Assembly (NCBI RefSeq): GCF_006345805.1
Contig: NW_021835150.1
Span: forward strand, 1-43,843
DNA length: 43,843 nucleotides
DNA from: Octopus sinensis
Taxonomy: Eukaryota
Direction of reading: 5' to 3'
Shown: one piece after another, positions 11,854-22,365 of the stretch
Layout: each line of letters opens with the position of its first letter
How positions within the stretch are numbered: position 1 is the first letter of the stretch
Notes under the pieces: model-generated
The model's database searches: none
Told to the model about the DNA's origin: nothing
The model's input: only the letters and a program-made list of their open reading frames with translations
Position numbers and translations under genes: made by a program

Positions 11854-12818
11854 TATAAATCTGTGTCTCTGTGTGCATAACATATATTCCTTTTTACATA
11901 TTTATATACACGCATCAGTATGTGTGTTACACTGCACACACGCACTGATATGATATATACATACTCAAACTTGGGAGTAAATGTGAATGCATGGTTCTTC
12001 GCGTCTCCTACGAACCCAAAATTTGAAGTTTTGGTGGATATGTCGAGGAAAACTTGTGCTCTTCCTTCAAAAAAAGACAAAGAAAGCAAAGATCTGAATC
12101 TCATGAGAATACAGCTTTTACATTCCAGAGCTGTAATACAAGTATGTTAAACGGAGTGAGAATGTTAGGTATGACAGATCCATTAATAAAGAACTAGTAG
12201 TGAATGAGTATCTCAAGAGAGTAAAGAAAATGTGGTCATCGCAGCTCTTAGACTATAAGTATATCTCTCTTTGCAACGTCTTTGCTGTGTCTATCCAGAT
12301 GCCTATGTTTGGTCTTTTCACTTAATTATGGCAAGAAGTTTACCAGATGGATCTATGAATTCCGAAACTGCTCGTTATTCTCGAAAAACCTAAACTTCAG
12401 TGGAGATGAGGAGAGGCTGCATTTGTTATGCAAGAAGGGCAACCGTGATGGTAAATTTTATTAATATCAGACATGATCTGAACTGTAACACTTAACAGTT
12501 CTTGTAGGCCAAGTACACTCAGTCGAGAAACAACTTTCTCGATCTCGCTCGAGTTTCTGGGTGAAAAAAATATAGACATCGTTGAGATAACTGGCAAATT
12601 TGAGGTAAACTATGAACCAACCCTACCAAAAACAGTACAAAAACCTTACATACTTGAATCAGTTTTATAATCTATAACAAGGTGAAAAAATAGGCCTGGT
12701 CACTTAGAAAGTCGTGCACGGGTATTTGAAAAGATAATCCCTGGCCAAATAGGGAATAAACACAGTTAAACACATTATTTACATTTGAAGGATATTTGTC
12801 CTCATCTTGTTTGTTGTT

Positions 12819-12864
12819 AACACAACGTTTCGGCTGATATAGCCTCCAGCTTTCATCAGGGGTC
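12819..12864 (-). ncRNA. Minimal type I hammerhead ribozyme motif (PLE-type)
   Basis: Minus strand reads gaccc-CUGAUGA-aa-gcugg-aggcuaua-ucagc-c-GAAA-CG-UU-guguu, with palindromic AACGUU stem III. Confidence 0.65.
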
Positions 12865-13034
12865 TTGGGGAAATTTCGAACCTGGCTTCTCATTCCTAAG
12901 GTATTTTTCGATGTTTCTTCTTCTTCTTCTTCTTCTTCTTCTTCTTCTTCTTCTTCTTCTTCTCTTCTTCTCTTCTTCTTCTTCTTCTTCTTCTTCTTCT
13001 TCTTCTTCTTCTTCTTCTTCTTCTTCTTCTTCTT

Positions 13035-13111
<77 letters not shown>

Positions 13112-13333
13112 TACTATTATTCAGGTCAATGCTTGGAATCGAACTTGGAATCTTGGGGTTAGTAGCCCACGCTCTTAACCACTATGCCATATGCCGTGGC
13201 ATGGTGGTTAAGAGCGTGGGCTACTAACCCCAAGATTCCAAGTTCGATTCCCATCAGTGACCTGAATAATAATAACAATAACAACATCGAAAAATACCTT
13301 AGGAATGAGAACCCAGGTTCGAAATTTCCCCAA

Positions 13334-13379
13334 GACACCTGGTGAAAGCTGGATGGTATATCAGCCGAAACGTTGTGTT
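13334..13379 (+). ncRNA. Second hammerhead copy with mutated core (CUGGUGA)
   Basis: gacac-CTGGTGA-aa-gctgg-atggtata-tcagc-c-GAAA-CG-TT-gtgtt. Stem I gacac/gtgtt pairs fully. Confidence 0.55.
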
Positions 13380-13892
13380 TACAAACAAGATGAGGACAAA
13401 TATCCGTCAAATGTAAATAATGTACATAATTCCTCAGCTCTTAAATATAGAACTGTAACACAGTTAAAGGTCTAGCATGGAATAGCGGCAAGTTTATAAC
13501 ATTTCATCTTGAAGGTTATACTCATAGAATCCAAAAGCAAAAAATCCACATCTAATGACCGCACACACACACATATAGTAATAGAAAACATCAACTGACA
13601 ACAAATGTGAAACGTGTGAACTAAAAAAACTGGGGACATGGATCGCATCACATTATTGGACATAGTGAAAGTATGTTCCTGTCGAGACCGATGGATCAAA
13701 AAAATATTGGGTGGAACCAAAAAATATAAGAGTGAAGACATAGTCGATCTGATATTGCTTAGGACCACACATACAAATAAATGCTCTGCTGTGGCCCTCA
13801 GCTGCTCATTTGACATCAGTGTTTTAAGAAGAATGCAAGAGGAACAATTTCTTAGGAGTGAAAAAGTATCCAAAGTACGTGTTTAGCTTTAG

Positions 13893-14100
13893 TCTTTTAT
13901 TCTTATACTTGTTTCAGGCAGTGGTCTGCGGCCAGGCTGGAGCGCCGCCTTTAAGAATTTTTTGTCGAACAAAGCGACCCCAGTACTTTTATTCTTTTTA
14001 AGCCTGGTACTTAACCTGTCGGTCGTGTTTTGCCGAACCACTAAGTTACGGGGACGTAGCACACCAACACTGACTGTCAAGCGATGGTGGGACGGGGACA
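13893..14100 (-). mobile_element. SINE family B 3' half, diverged
   Basis: ACTTGTTTCAG...GCGGCCA.GCTGGAGC...GCCGAACC.CTAAGTTACGGGGACGTA. Confidence 0.8.
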
Positions 14101-14602
14101 CACACACACACACACACACAGGTACAGACACACAGACACATACATACACACACACACACACGCACACGCACGCACGCACGCAATCACACACACACACACA
14201 CACACACACACAACACACGCACACACACACACACAGACACACACACACAAGTACAGAGTCTGCGAGAATAATAATCCTTGTTCTGAATTCCATACCCAGA
14301 CAATGCCTAATGGTAAGTGGTAACCCAAGGGGAATTCCAGACTTACTACCTTTTATGTTTGATATATGCATAACCCTCATGGGGTGTAGTGGTCATACAT
14401 CACATAAAATATAAAAAAAAAAAAAAAAAGGAACACGATTAGAACCTACGATTCCCTACTTTATAGTTGCTGAAAAGCTTCGATAGAAGTGAATCGATGC
14501 ACCCTTAACAGGATAACAATCAAGATTAGAGTAATAAAGGAAGTTACATTGTGTTTCAAGGTTTTCCCAAAGGCCAGCTAGGAAAGTTCGCCTCTTCTTA
14601 AA

Positions 14603-14758
14603 TCCGTTGCTTTGTCCGTGAGGAGATTTTGATTTCAGGAGGCAAGAATTCACTCTGCCACGGTCCTGATGGCTGATAAATATATAGATACGTTGGTAGG
14701 TTGTACATGGGTCGGTTGGGGAATTATGACCTGAAAATTACTATTACTTGGGAGCTAT

Positions 14759-14807
<49 letters not shown>

Positions 14808-14810
14808 TTA

Positions 14811-14865
<55 letters not shown>

Positions 14866-14977
14866 GTGTGTGTGTGTGTTTATTTGTGTCTCGTTTTCCT
14901 GTTTTGTTATTTCTTGTTTTATTCTGCATTGATGACCATACGATCGAAATTTCCTTGCAAGTAAATGTTGTTGTTGT

Positions 14978-15025
<48 letters not shown>

Positions 15026-16146
15026 AACACCCGTGTGTGTATGTATGTCAGTATAGTAAGTACATAAATTTTTAAATCCTTAAAAATGTTTTAGCTCGGA
15101 GTCCGCGGCCATGCTGGGGCACCACCGCTATTATAAGACTATTTGCATGTATGTGTATGCGTTTATTGATATTTAGATAAAAAGAAAAATAGATTTGGAA
15201 ATAGGGAACTAGATAACTATTTGCATTAGCATGTTGTCTTAGTCTAGCATCACTTAAAGTTTCATAAGATTGAGAAAAACATCTCTGTGAGACTTAAAGA
15301 AATGGGATTCTGAGCCGAAGTCTTAATAAGAATTGCGTTTATTATTCCTTTCTTTCATTTGTACACTCTTCTATATGTTTGTCCGCCTCTCTAAATATTC
15401 ATGTCTGTTAATTGTATAATATTGGATTGTCCGGAAAGTTCGTGCCGATTATAGTAGCTTACCTTTCGACTTATTTTCGAACATGGTTGAGTCCATAAAA
15501 TAGGATTTGACTGCACCTCCATTTAGAGCACAGTTTAAGCTATATTTTCGTGGAAGAAGGTTCATGTTCCTATAACCTGTGTTAATTCTGTAATCCTTTA
15601 AAATGGAAGATAAGAACGTTCATTTTCGGCACTTGATGCTTTGTGAAACAGACAAAAATTGCTGCAGCTCGGCTGGGATGTGCTACCCCACCCTCCATAT
15701 TCACCAGGGATTGCTCCTTCGGATTTCCCCTTTTTCAGGTCTCTACAGAATAGTCTAAATGGTAAAAATTTCAATTCCTTGGATGACGTAAAAAGATACC
15801 TTGATGAATTCTTTGCCATGAAACCACCTAAATCTAGTCTGGAGGAAAGACAATGTCTGTGAACCTTTGTAAAAGGTCTCTCAGGCTGAAAGAGAGAGAG
15901 AGAGAGGGAGCCATTACCGGGAAACTAATCCGAATGTTTGTTACTGACGGATTAAGTTTAACCTCCCACTCTCTGTAGGGCCCTGACAAGATTTGAACTC
16001 AGAAGGCAAAGAGTTGGAATTCCGTTGCTTTGTCCGGGAGGAGATTTTGATTTCAGGAGGCAAGAATTCATTCTGCCACGGTCCTGATGGCTGATAAATA
16101 TATAGATACGTTGGTACGTTGTACATGGGTCGGTTGGGGAATTATG
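14603..16146 (+). repeat. 126-bp direct duplication (14603-14728 and 16021-16146)
   Basis: The two copies align with 3 substitutions by eye. Confidence 0.9.
15422..15833 (+). mobile_element. Internally deleted mariner element (5' TIR, N-terminal stub, C-terminal fragment)
   Basis: TA-TTGGATTGTCCGGAAAGTTCGTGCCGATT TIR-like end. MEDKNVHFRHLML from 15603 abuts RQKLLQLGWDVLPHPPYSPGIAPSDFPFFRSLQNSLNGKNF in another frame. Confidence 0.85.
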
Positions 16147-16945
16147 GCCTTAGATCTTCAGTAACCCCTGGGTATTGCTGTCCGATTTCTAGGACTGAAA
16201 GGGCCCGCTGCCCGAGTTCCATGGAGCTCATGTGATCGAAATCGCAACAAAACACCTGGTCAGTCGGCCACATTTAAAACTGAATCGACAGGAGCAACAT
16301 AAAATGAAATGTTTTGCAAGGATTCGATCCCTCGATGTAAATGTTCCACCAATCCACTGCCCTGCATTGGTGCATCTTATTATGGACCCTGGAAGAATAA
16401 AGGACAAAGTCGTCCTGGGTGAGAGTGGAACTCAAAAGAGAGAGACTCGGAACAAATAGCACCAGACGTTCTACCCGACGCTTGGATCACATTACAAGTT
16501 CACATAATAAAATTCTTCAACACGCACGCTTTCGTCGTAAATAAAATTTGAAAAAGTTAGCTTTTAATGAAGCAGTGAATAGACATTATTTTATTGTGTA
16601 CAATATCGACTAAATTAAATTACGATTGATTGATAAATTTAATTAAAATTATTTTGTCCTTACGATCCTGTATGCTACTATTGTTTTACGTAATTCAAAG
16701 TGTGAGAGAGTCATTGTGAGGACGTACGAATCATACTTTAGTTAACTGAACAATATAAAAGCTAATTGAAAATACCTTATAAGGTAAAACGTTGTTCATG
16801 GCTGATATTTGTCTATAAAATAATGGCTTGGATTCAGTATAAGGGACTCCAAGTAAAAAAAAAAAAAAAAAAGGCAGAACGCAAAACAAAAATATATATG
16901 CATGCGTATAAAATTCAATAAAGAAAATATATATATATATATATA

Positions 16946-17217
16946 TCTCTTATTATAAAAGGCAGATTTTATCTGCCTCCCTTTGGGAGTTATACAAATC
17001 TACAATATAGGATTTCTTCAATTACAATTTACCTTGCATTTTTAAGAGTACAATGCATCGCGTCATGCCAGGTCCAGTTTTTAAAATTTAAACTCCAGTT
17101 AAGCAAAATTTACAGAAAACTCACATTCTGGTGTGTGTGTCAAATGCTTTTCTTAGTCTGGTTTACAGCACACGCAAACGCACACACACAGTGGGCAACG
17201 AATAAAATGAAAGTAAT
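16946..17217 (+). mobile_element. Putative Helitron 5' segment (copy 1)
   Basis: Starts A|TCTCTTATTATAAAA. About 270 bp nearly identical to 19468-19738. Confidence 0.55.
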
Positions 17218-17458
17218 TGACTTACTGTAGTGAGTGATTCTTTCACTCTGCCTCCCACTTCCTCTTTCCACACAGACACGCAAATATATAAATAAAATTG
17301 TAAGCTAACGTGCGTGTGTGTGAGTGGGTGTGTGTGGGTGTGCGCGTGTGTGTGTGTGAGGGTGCGTGTGTGTGTGTGTGTGTGTGTGCGTGTGCGTGAG
17401 TGTGTGACAGGAAAGTTTTTTTACGACGAATATAACACCTATATCCAAGTAGCAGAAA

Positions 17459-17935
17459 GATAAGACAGTAAGGTGTGATTTGAGGGATTTGGCTGCTATT
17501 TCTACCATGTCTAGCTGCCATGTAGGGGTCTCCCTCATAGGCTCATACATACATATATACATAGATAAAACAGTAAGGTGTGATTTGGGGGAAATTTGGC
17601 TGCTATTTCTACCAGGTCTAGCTGCCATGTAGGGGTCTCCCTCATAGGCTCATACATACATATATACATAGATAAGACAGTAAGGTGTGATTTGGGGGAA
17701 ATTTGGCTGCTATTTCTACCAGGTCTAGCTGCCATGTAGGGGTCTCCCTCATAGGCTCATACATACATATATACATAGATAAGACAGTAAGGTGTGATTT
17801 GGGGGAAATTTGGCTGCTATTTCTACCAGGTCTAGCTACCATGTAGAGGTCCCCCTCATTGGCTCATATATATATACATACATAAGACAGTAAGGTGTGA
17901 TTTGAGGGAGATTTGGCTGCTGTTTCTACCAGGTC
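17459..17935 (+). repeat. Minisatellite, about 107-bp unit, about 4.5 copies
   Basis: CAGTAAGGTGTGATTT at 17466, 17571, 17678, 17785 and 17888. Confidence 0.92.
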
Positions 17936-18001
17936 TGTTAGGCCTTCTCATGTAAACTCAAGCTTTCTCATGCCTTCAACATATGACCAAAGCAGAGAAT
18001 G

Positions 18002-18215
18002 TATTCTTTTATCCTTCTGCTTTTTCCAGCCATTGGTCTGTGGCCATGCTGGGGCAATGCCTTGAAGAATTGTAGTTTAATGAATCAACTCCAGTTTTAT
18101 TTTTGTAGCATTGTACTTATTCTATCTGTTTCCTTTGTCAAACCACTAGGTGACAGGGATGTAAACAAACCAACATTCGTTGTCAAGCAGTGGTGGAGGA
18201 CAATCACAAGCACAG
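18002..18215 (-). mobile_element. Diverged SINE family B 3' half
   Basis: GTGGCCATGCTGGGGCA...GTACTTATTCTATC...TTGTCAAGC. Confidence 0.7.
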
Positions 18216-18300
18216 ACACGCACACACACACACACATACATGCATACACATATACACACATACATACATACATACATATATATATTGTTGTATATATATA

Positions 18301-18620
18301 TTGCAGCGTGGAAGGTGTTTGTAAGCCATTTAAGAAACACACAAAAACCGTTATTCACTTCAACATTTAAATTTAATTTGCCAAAATATTTTCGTCGCTT
18401 TCAGACCGCGACCTGTTCACTGACAAAATATCGTGCTAACAGGTCGCGGTCCCAAAGCGACGAAAATATTTTCACAAATTAAATTTAAATGTTGAAGTGA
18501 ATCTAACAGTTTTTGTGTGTTTCTTAAATGGCTTATAAACACCTTCAACGCTGCAACTGTTTTCGTTCCAGCACACGATCTCAGATCAAGTCACTTGCTA
18601 TGCAAGTACATCTCTGTAAC
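18301..18620. repeat. Foldback element: about 117-bp inverted arms, 20-bp spacer, one-sided tail, embedded in (TA)n
   Basis: 18301-18417 is the reverse complement of 18438-18556 with few mismatches. Confidence 0.85.
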
Positions 18621-18724
18621 TATATATATATTTATATATATATATATATATATATGTATATTGGTAAAAACAGTAAGATAAAAAAAGAAAGAAAGAGACC
18701 TCAATATTATGTAAATAGAGGAAA

Positions 18725-19121
18725 TCTTTATATATAAAAGTGAGGTTGTGTGTCTGTCTCCTACGATTTAGATTCCTAACTACTCCACATTTTGCGGTGC
18801 AGTTTAACCAAAACCGGGTATCTTATAGTCGTGATTCATATCGAGACCGTCTGGGTATTAGCGCGCGTCTACGATGAGTCTACGATTTAAAAAAAAAATT
18901 ACCATCAATTTTTCCCATTTTTAATCCATTTTTGACATATATAAGGGAAGTAACTCTCTAAAATTTATTATTAAATCTCAGAACGTAAAAAGCTACAGTA
19001 CACACACCCCTCCCCCTTTGTGGTTAGCCATATTGAGATGGCTATTATACTTTACATCTCTAAAAATGCTTATATAATTATTTCCCTTACAAACCCGAGC
19101 AACGCCGGGCGATACTGCTAG
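18725..19121 (+). mobile_element. Non-autonomous Helitron (copy 1)
   Basis: A|TCTTTATATATAAAAG 5' end, subterminal hairpin CCCGAGCAACGCCGGG, CTAG|T 3' end, no TSD. Confidence 0.88.
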
Positions 19122-19157
<36 letters not shown>

Positions 19158-19158
<1 letters not shown>

Positions 19159-19460
19159 GGAGGCGCAATGGCCCAGTGGTTTGGGCAGCGGACACGCGGT
19201 CGTAGGATCGCGGTTTCGATTCCCAGACCGGGCGTTGTGTGTGTTTATTGAGCGAAAACACCTAAAGCTCCATGAGGCTCCGGCAGGGGGTGGTGGCGAA
19301 CCCTGCTGTACTCTTTCGGTACAACTTTCTCTCACTCTTTCTTGTGTTGGCCTGCTCGCTTAGCCAGCGGGGTGTCGCTATTTGAAGGCTAAAACAATGC
19401 GAAGTGCATTGTGACCAGCGATGTGTAGCAACATCTGATAGTCTGGTAGGTCACGGTGAT
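19158..19460 (+). mobile_element. SINE family C, tail type 3
   Basis: Same head as 3696-4081; 3' part shared with 32733-32988. Confidence 0.88.
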
Positions 19461-19467
19461 ATATATA

Positions 19468-19738
19468 TCTCTTATTATAAAAGGCAGATTTTATCTGCCT
19501 CCCTTTGGGAGTTATACAAATCTACAATATAGGATTTCTTCAATTACAATTTACCTAGCAGTTTTAAGAGTACAATGCATCGCGTCATGCCAGGTCCAGT
19601 TTTTAAAATTTAAACTCCAATTAAGCAAAATTTACAGAAAACTCACATTCTGGTGTGTGTGTCAAATGCTTTTCTTAGTCTGGTTTACACCACACGCAAA
19701 CGCACACACACAGTGGGCAACGAATAAAATGAAAGTAA
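19468..19738 (+). mobile_element. Putative Helitron 5' segment (copy 2)
   Basis: Duplicate of 16946-17217, TC start after A. Confidence 0.55.
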
Positions 19739-20246
19739 ATGTAATATTTGTTTTTGTCTATCACGCTGATAGATACATGAGTAAAATGTATGGGAAGCTA
19801 ACAGATAACAGTGAGTGAAAATGTTCTTGGAAGAGAGTAAATTAGCGACAGTGATTTGAGGAAGACTAAACTGAAACTATGAAACGGTATTTATGTATAA
19901 ACAGACGACACTTATATAAACCCTTTCGTTACCAAACCGCCCGAATTTACCTATTCATATTTAAATGAGAATATCAGAGTAAATCTCTTTAGTACATTCG
20001 TGAAAACACGTATTATACTTCGTAAACACTTCAAATACAGTTTTGTACAAAAATCGAAGTGTAATTTTAATTCCGTGAATTATGGGAGATTTTTTTCCGA
20101 AATTTGTTCCTATTGTGTTTTCAAAATTTGTAATTCTGACAAAAAATGGATACGAATTTCATTATATCAAGCAGCGAGTCAGAATTCGAAGGATTTTCTA
20201 CTGAAGACCTTCATAAATCTAACTCTATGACTGAAAAAAAAAAGCA

Positions 20247-20641
20247 TCTTTATATAAGAGTGAAGTTGTGTGTCTGTCCCCTTCGATTTACATTCGTAAT
20301 TACTCCACATTTTGCGGTGCAGTTTAACCAAAAGCGGGTATCTTATAGTTGTGATTCATATCGAGCCCTTCTGGGTATTAGCGCGCGTCTACGATGAGTC
20401 TACGATTTTAAAAAAATTTACCATCATATTTTTCCATTTTAATGCATTTTTTTCGCTTTTATATAAGGGAAGTAACTCTCTAAAAATATCTACGATGTGT
20501 CAACGATTTAAAAAAAATTTACCTTAATTTTTTTCCAATTTTTAATGCATTTTTTTTGCTATTTTTTGGCTATAACTCTCTAAAAATGCTTATATAGTTA
20601 TTTCCCTTACAAACCCGAGCAACGCCGGGCGATACTGCTAG
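20247..20641 (+). mobile_element. Non-autonomous Helitron (copy 2)
   Basis: A|TCTTTATATAAGAG...CCCGAGCAACGCCGGGCGATACTGCTAG|T; homologous to 18725-19121. Confidence 0.88.
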
Positions 20642-20726
20642 TATATATATATAGGTGCAGACATGTATATGTGTATGTGTACACACACAAACACACACAC
20701 ACACACACACACACATACATATGCAT

Positions 20727-20920
20727 AGGCGTGGCTGTATAATAAGAAGCTTGTTTCCCAGCCACATGGTTTCAGGTTCACTCCCACTGTAAGTTGTGGC
20801 GAAAGAGTACAGCAGGGACCGCCACCAACCCCTGCCGGAGCCTCGTCACAACGCCCGATCTGGGAATCGAAACCGCTATCCTACGACCGCGAGTCCGCTG
20901 CCCTAACCACTGGGCTATTG

Positions 20921-20925
<5 letters not shown>
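20727..20925. mobile_element. Family B head (+) fused to an internally deleted family C fragment (-)
   Basis: GGCGTGGCTGT...CCCACTG followed by the reverse complement of the family C head. Confidence 0.7.
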
Positions 20926-20960
<35 letters not shown>

Positions 20961-21489
20961 ATATCTCTATATATATATATATATATTATATATATATATA
21001 TATATGCATGTATATATATTTTTGTTTTAGGTGAGGGGTTGTTTTGCGTTCTATAGCCTCGAACAAACCAAGTCTATACTAAAATATTTTCCGAGATGCT
21101 GTGCATTGAGATCGAACTTGGGGACGACATCGGGCATAGTAAACTACGTAACCTGTTACGGCTATGTCTCTATGTCTGCATCCGTATTTCTCTCGTTTAC
21201 ACACATGGAAACATACGTACACATGTGCACACACACAAATACGTCCATGCGTGTATATATGTGTGTATATGAGTGGTGGATGTGAAAAAAAGAAGAAAGA
21301 AGGAAAGACAGAAAGAAAGAAAGAAAGAAAGAGAGCGTGCGTACCTAGAAATACACCGATAGATCGATGGAAAGTTCAATATTTTCACTTCTGTACAATG
21401 TGTGTTTAATTATTAGAAGCAGTTTTGCTACCGGGTGTCGACTTACGTGAAACGCTCTTAGACTCACCTCCACCCGACACCCCCCCATC

Positions 21490-21548
21490 CTTCCGTCTCT
21501 CTCTCTCTCCCTCTTTCTCTCTCTCTCTCTCTCTCTCCCTCTTTCTCT

Positions 21549-21585
<37 letters not shown>

Positions 21586-21592
21586 TTTCTCT

Positions 21593-21630
<38 letters not shown>

Positions 21631-21709
21631 ATTCTATAACTCTTTCAGCAACCACATTTGTGAGCGTAAAAGTAACTGCACTCGCAAATATTTACTGATA
21701 GTGATACTA

Positions 21710-21764
<55 letters not shown>

Positions 21765-21835
21765 CACCACCACCACCACTGCCACCACCACCACCACCAA
21801 TAACAATAATGATAATAAAAGTAGTAGTAGTAGTA

Positions 21836-21872
<37 letters not shown>

Positions 21873-21934
21873 TAATAATAATAATAATAATAATGATAAT
21901 AATAATAATGATAATAAAAGTAGTAGTAGTAGTA

Positions 21935-21971
<37 letters not shown>

Positions 21972-22040
21972 TAATAATAATAATAATAATAATGATAATA
22001 ATAATAATGATAATAATAATAATAATAATAATAATGATAA
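21490..22040. repeat. (CT)n, (TAC/CAC)n and (AAT)n microsatellites
   Basis: Directly visible. Confidence 0.95.
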
Positions 22041-22365
22041 TGGAAACGCTAATTAACAGTAAATAATGATAAAAGATAGAAACTTGTAACAATTAGCTGT
22101 TCCCATTATAGCATTTTGTTCCACTTGCTTTTATTCTTTGAATTTCTCTCGTGTTTACCAACATATGTGGACATGTACGCAATGTTCTTTACTGCAGCCA
22201 CTCAGCCTGGTCAAACATTTGTGTGTCCGGCCAATCATTGGTAAACATTCTATTCTTTGCTTCTTTCATTTCTATTCCATTCTTTGATTATTATTTTTAG
22301 TCAATACCTCGCTTACCCTCCTGGGTCACCCACCGCCTTCAACGATTTTTTAGTTACATTTATTT

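Larger units (their letters stand above)
12771..13456. mobile_element. Head-to-head inverted non-autonomous retroelement: tRNA-like head + microsatellite + Penelope-type hammerhead; 12-bp TSD
   Basis: Arms 12772-13190 and 13197-13423 are reverse complements apart from microsatellite length. Unpaired tail 13424-13456. AACACAGTTAAA at 12759-12770 and 13457-13468. Confidence 0.85.
12010..13885 (+). pseudogene. Heavily decayed RLE-type non-LTR retrotransposon (R4/Dong-like): RT thumb, zinc knuckle and PD-(D/E)xK regions, split by insertion 12771-13456
   Basis: Fragments read YKYV..ENVRYDRSINKELVVNEYLKRVKKMWSSQL..NVFAVSI, DEERLHLLCKKGNRDG, KVVHGYL, LAWNSGKFITFHLEGYTHRIQKQKI, DNKCETC and KCSAVALSCSFDI. 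Their order is colinear with RLE-LINE ORFs. Confidence 0.7.

Noticed and set aside
13197-13265. Functional tRNA genes (also 3697-3770, 32733-32805, 40711-40780)
   Set aside because: A/B boxes are present but acceptor stems are incomplete and each continues into a repeat body, so they are SINE heads.
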